A DNA stretch of 64,000 bases from Parcubacteria bacterium RAAC4_OD1_1 (lineage in GTDB: Bacteria > Patescibacteriota > Minisyncoccia > Phycocordibacterales > UBA9973). Where the stretch lies: contig AWSN01000001.1 in assembly GCA_000505065.1 (NCBI GenBank), positions 403,647-467,646 on the forward strand, written 5' to 3'. Below, one piece after another: positions 60,469 to 64,000 of this stretch. A program made the translations under genes and the position numbers. A model generated the notes under the pieces. That model searched no databases and had not been told where the DNA came from. It saw only the letters and a list, made by a program, of their open reading frames with translations. Numbering within the stretch: the first letter of the stretch is position 1; each line of letters begins with the position of its first letter.

Positions 60469-60924
60469 TTAAATACGGCCTTCAATGCAGTCGCCAACGG
60501 TAAAATTTTGCAAAGAAGAACAAACCTCTTCGGTTTGAATCCCTCCCCCGGATTCTGAATTTTGGTGAGTAGTGAAATCAATATCACAACTCATAAAAAT
60601 TTCCGATTGCTGATTCATATCACTTGCAACACTATAATCCTTTTTGGTCTGAATCCCCTCCGACGATTCATTCTGATTTGTTGGGTTAGTGATAATGGTC
60701 GAAGTAAATTCCGTCCTTATTGGAATAACAGTAGGCTGAGCAACACCCGCCACCAAACCGACTTCGTTGCTGTTCTGGATCATTTCTGCACCGGTAATGA
60801 CTTTTCCTGTAAGCGAGCAAGAACTTTCGTCATTTTCGTTAACAACTAAAACAGGCGCGCCACGAGCAAGAGCTGAAAAAGCCGCGACGATAATCATCAA
60901 AAAAAATAATTTTTTCATAAGCAT
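60469..60924 (-). CDS. Hypothetical secreted protein, GC-richer than the genome
   Basis: Signal peptide MKKLFFLMIIVAAFSALA; internal repeat QNES.EGIQT / QNSESGGGIQT. Confidence 0.55.
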   Translation of the reverse strand: MLMKKLFFLMIIVAAFSALARGAPVLVVNENDESSCSLTGKVITGAEMIQNSNEVGLVAGVAQPTVIPIRTEFTSTIITNPTNQNESSEGIQTKKDYSVASDMNQQSEIFMSCDIDFTTHQNSESGGGIQTEEVCSSLQNFTVGDCIEGRI

Positions 60925-61106
60925 AAAGTCTTAAAAATTTAAACTTCTTTTTGAAAAATAATTCAAATCAACTAACTCTGGGTTCCTTAGTCCCTTTGCC
61001 GTTTGGTATAATTTAAAAGATCTTTCAATTGTTTCAATTTAATCAAAAAGTAAAAAATAAGTCAATAGTGTGGATATTATTTTAATTTGCTGATAATATT
61101 AAGGGT

Positions 61107-61550
61107 ATGGCAATTTATATCGAAAATAGAAAAGCACATTTTAACTATAGTATAGAAGATACTTATGAAGCCGGAATAGAGCTTACAGGTGGAGAGGTAA
61201 AATCTATAAGAAGTGGGAGCGGAAATATAAATTCGGCTTTTTGTATCGTGAGAGGAGGAGAAGCCTTTATTATCGGTATGAATATCCCCCCTTATCAACC
61301 CAAAAACACAAGTGATGGATATGACCCAGAAAAAACTAGGAAATTACTCCTTTCTAAAAAAGAAATAAAAAAACTGGGAGAAAAAGATGATATAAAAGGT
61401 TTGACACTTGTTCCACTTTCAGTGTATAGTAAAGGTCCTTATATTAAAGTCTCTATTGCTATTGGTCGTGGAAAGAAAACCTATGACAAAAGAGAAACCA
61501 TAAAAGGAAGGGACTTAGATAGAGAAATGGAAAGAGAATATAAGAGATAG
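61107..61550 (+). CDS. smpB: SsrA-binding protein
   Basis: NRKAHFNY, EAGIELTGGEVKSIR, RKLLL, GKKTYDKRE. Confidence 0.96.
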   Translation: MAIYIENRKAHFNYSIEDTYEAGIELTGGEVKSIRSGSGNINSAFCIVRGGEAFIIGMNIPPYQPKNTSDGYDPEKTRKLLLSKKEIKKLGEKDDIKGLTLVPLSVYSKGPYIKVSIAIGRGKKTYDKRETIKGRDLDREMEREYKR

Positions 61551-61569
61551 ATCATTGAAAATTTAAATT

Positions 61570-61833
61570 ATGCACTATTTTGTTTACATTCTTCTTAGTA
61601 AAAAAGACAATAAATTATATGTTGGTTGTAGTAATGATGTTTCTAAAAGAATTAAAGAGCATAATTCTGGAAAAGTTTTTGCAACAAAAAATCGCAGACC
61701 ATTTGTTATTATACACACAGAAGAGTTTGAAAACAAAACTGATGCTTTTAACAGAGAAAGATATTTAAAAAGTTTATGGTCTGCAAGATTTAAGAAGAAA
61801 ATCTTAGAAGAATACAAACAAAATAGTGTATAA
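61570..61833 (+). CDS. Small GIY-YIG nuclease (UPF0213-like)
   Basis: FVYIL...LYVG...RIKEHN.G..T..RRP...A..RERYLKS. Confidence 0.9.
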   Translation: MHYFVYILLSKKDNKLYVGCSNDVSKRIKEHNSGKVFATKNRRPFVIIHTEEFENKTDAFNRERYLKSLWSARFKKKILEEYKQNSV

Positions 61834-61926
61834 TTATAAGAATGCCATAACTGGTATTTTATGGGCTAAACCATTTTGTACTCAAAATGGTCGCCCGAAC
61901 AAATTTTTTACTAAAAATTTGTTTTA

Positions 61927-62309
61927 GGGAGTGATAGGCTTCGATAGGAAGGATCATTTTATATATGCATGTAAAGTACCCAGGAATCTTTTAAAACTTC
62001 TTGGAAAAGACTAAGTGCAAACAAAGTCGCTTCAGTTAAGTCTCCATATTTTGGAAGCTTAGCTCTCGCATACGCCTAAATTTAGGTCTAGCGAGTGTTC
62101 ACTTTTTAGACATCCGATATAAAAAGTGGGCATAATTTATCGGGTTAAGGATTTGTAAATGCTTGATATAAATCCTAACAATTTAAAGCTCGGTGTTTAT
62201 CTTTATTGTATATTCTCTAGGATAAACATTTAAACCAATTGAATATAATAAACATGTAGAGTTATTTAAAATTTCTTCTTACACGCGGGTTCGAATCCCG
62301 CCACTTCCA
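61927..62309 (+). ncRNA. ssrA: tmRNA; predicted tag ANKVASVKSPYFGSLALAYA (62017-62079)
   Basis: GGGAGTG/CACTTCC-A acceptor with G3-U70, TTCGA near the 5' end, T-arm GCGGGTTCGAATCCCGC, resume context TAAGT-GCA; next to smpB. Confidence 0.93.
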
Positions 62310-62348
62310 CACGTTGAAAAAAGAGCTTCATAAGAGGCCTTTTTTCTT

Positions 62349-62498
62349 GTGTGGAAGTGAGCAAAGTATCTGCATACTTTGCGTACGGGATTCGAAAACC
62401 CTGAGCCTGTAGTTTTAAATTTTTAATTTAAAACTACGCGAAGGGTGTACAGAATCTGTAAGATTCGAAAAGTGTAATCACGGTCCCGTCATCACGTT
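62349..62498. repeat. Structured element holding an interrupted inverted copy of the tmRNA 3' end
   Basis: gtgtggaagtg (62349-59) and cgggattcgaa (62386-96) are reverse complements of 62302-12 and 62290-300. Confidence 0.75.
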
Positions 62499-62561
62499 CT
62501 AAATTTCCCCACCCCTTGACTTTTTCTTATTTAGTTATATTATTTAAGAAAACTTTAAATT

Positions 62562-62771
62562 ATGAAAAGAGAAGAAAAGACCAAAAGTAATATTTGGCAA
62601 TTGTGTGGTGGAACCATTGTTATAATACTTATGATAATAGCAATGGAGACACGAGAAAAAATTGAGTTGAAAAACTCAAATGAACCCGCCTTAACTGGCA
62701 GTATGATAGAAGCAAAAGACAGCTTAAATGATGTCGATTCATTAAAAATATTTAAAATAAAAAAACCATAA
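62562..62771 (+). CDS. Small single-TM hypothetical protein
   Basis: 69 aa, TTGACT promoter upstream, hairpin 62773-62797 downstream. Confidence 0.55.
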   Translation: MKREEKTKSNIWQLCGGTIVIILMIIAMETREKIELKNSNEPALTGSMIEAKDSLNDVDSLKIFKIKKP

Positions 62772-62838
62772 GAATTCCAGCAATTATTGCTGGAATTTTT
62801 TGTTTCTATTTAAACAGACATTGTAGTATAATTAATAG

Positions 62839-63657
62839 ATGAATAAGAAATACAAATCTATTTTAATAATCTTAAGTTTACTAGTTATAATCCTAATAAT
62901 AATTTTGGTATTTGGAAAAGATGATAAAATAATTCCTGTTTTAGATGACAATATATCTAAAGTAGATTCCCCTCTCATAGTAGAAAATTCTTACGAAACT
63001 AAAACATTAAATGAAAATGATCCATATGTAAAATTTGATATTAAATATCCACAATTTAAACAAGTAGATAATTCTTTTAATGAAAATATTTCAAATCTCA
63101 TTAAAGAACAAATAAAAGACACAAAAGAAGTCAGTAGTGAAAACTGGCAAGCTAGATATGATACCCAAATGGAAGGAGAAAATATCGGAAAATACCCAAA
63201 AACTGATGATGAAAAATTCTACTTATATTCTGACTTCAACATAATTCAAAGCAATCCTTATTTTATAAGTTTTATACTTACATATGGGGCTTATACTGGT
63301 GGAGCTCACGGATATGAAGCAAAAGTTTCTTTTAATTATGATGTTTTAAACAAAAAGGTTTTAATGCTAAAAGATGTTTTTTCTCCATCATTTAATTATC
63401 TTGAATATTTATCAAAAGAATCAAGAGATTATCTTTATAAAGAATATGCTGAAGTAAAAAATGGTGAAGAAGGAGATGAAAATATGAAAGATTACTTTGA
63501 TGGAATAAAAGAAATGATAGATATGGGAACAGAAAAAAAAGAGGAAAATTTTGAAACATTCACCTTTACAAAAGAAAAAATAAAAATATATTTCTCACAA
63601 TACCAAGTTGGTCCATATGCTATAGGAATGCCAGAAGTAGAATTCTATAGGAAATAA
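62839..63657 (+). CDS. DUF3298/DUF4163 (RsiV/PdaC-like) protein
   Basis: N-terminal TM, YTGGAHG, YF..YQVGPYAIG. Confidence 0.85.
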   Translation: MNKKYKSILIILSLLVIILIIILVFGKDDKIIPVLDDNISKVDSPLIVENSYETKTLNENDPYVKFDIKYPQFKQVDNSFNENISNLIKEQIKDTKEVSSENWQARYDTQMEGENIGKYPKTDDEKFYLYSDFNIIQSNPYFISFILTYGAYTGGAHGYEAKVSFNYDVLNKKVLMLKDVFSPSFNYLEYLSKESRDYLYKEYAEVKNGEEGDENMKDYFDGIKEMIDMGTEKKEENFETFTFTKEKIKIYFSQYQVGPYAIGMPEVEFYRK

Positions 63658-63714
63658 ATACAACAAGAAAATCCCCAACTGAAAGTCGGGGATTTTCTTA
63701 TAAAATCAACCTAA

Positions 63715-63960
63715 TTACATCTGAGGATTTATAGGTTTTGCAACTTCTTCTAACTTACAACAACCCTTTGCGCAACAATCCTTGCAAGCAAAGATCATAT
63801 ATACAGCAGAAAGACCTACCAAAACATAAACTATCCTTGAAATAAGAGCTCCTTGTCCTCCAAAAATCATTCCTACATCCCAAGAAAATAATCCTACCAA
63901 AAGCCAATTTAATCCACCCACAACAACCAAAACAAATGCTACTGTGTGTAATATTTTCAT
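63715..63960 (-). CDS. DUF378 membrane protein
   Basis: LVVVGGLNWLLVGLF..D..., RIVYVLVGLSAVY. Confidence 0.88.
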   Translation of the reverse strand: MKILHTVAFVLVVVGGLNWLLVGLFSWDVGMIFGGQGALISRIVYVLVGLSAVYMIFACKDCCAKGCCKLEEVAKPINPQM

Positions 63961-64000
63961 AGTAAAATTTAATAAATTTAATAATTCGACCGAATAGATT

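Overview
AT-rich (roughly 30% GC by eye) bacterial chromosome segment, standard code 11. Gene content and style point to Patescibacteria/CPR, Parcubacteria-like (inference): a thymidylate cluster, a complete type IV pilus locus with several pilins, a shortened RF2, tRNA-Ile(UAU) and largely leaderless genes. It carries argS (partial), dut-tmk-glyA-thyA-folA, htrA, pyrD, an ECF sigma/anti-sigma pair, pyrG, ftsEX, prfB, a CsoR-CopA copper operon, gatAC, ligA, pilMNOP-pilB-pilT-pilC with pilins and pilD, comF, recG, ftsH, smpB/tmRNA and 9 tRNAs. No CRISPR array, prophage or rRNA was seen. Most notable: (1) palindromic elements inserted in frame in housekeeping genes (an identical 29 bp element in argS and ligA, a 108 bp element in recG), with a REP-flanked RAYT transposase inside the pilin locus; (2) a tRNA-Ser with the rare ACU anticodon, back-to-back with tRNA-Ser(GCU); (3) partial sense and antisense copies next to five tRNAs and tmRNA, including a perfect 21-nt antisense to the initiator tRNA anticodon arm in its own leader; (4) a GC-richer, Bacteroidota-type DksA that may be a transfer from a host.
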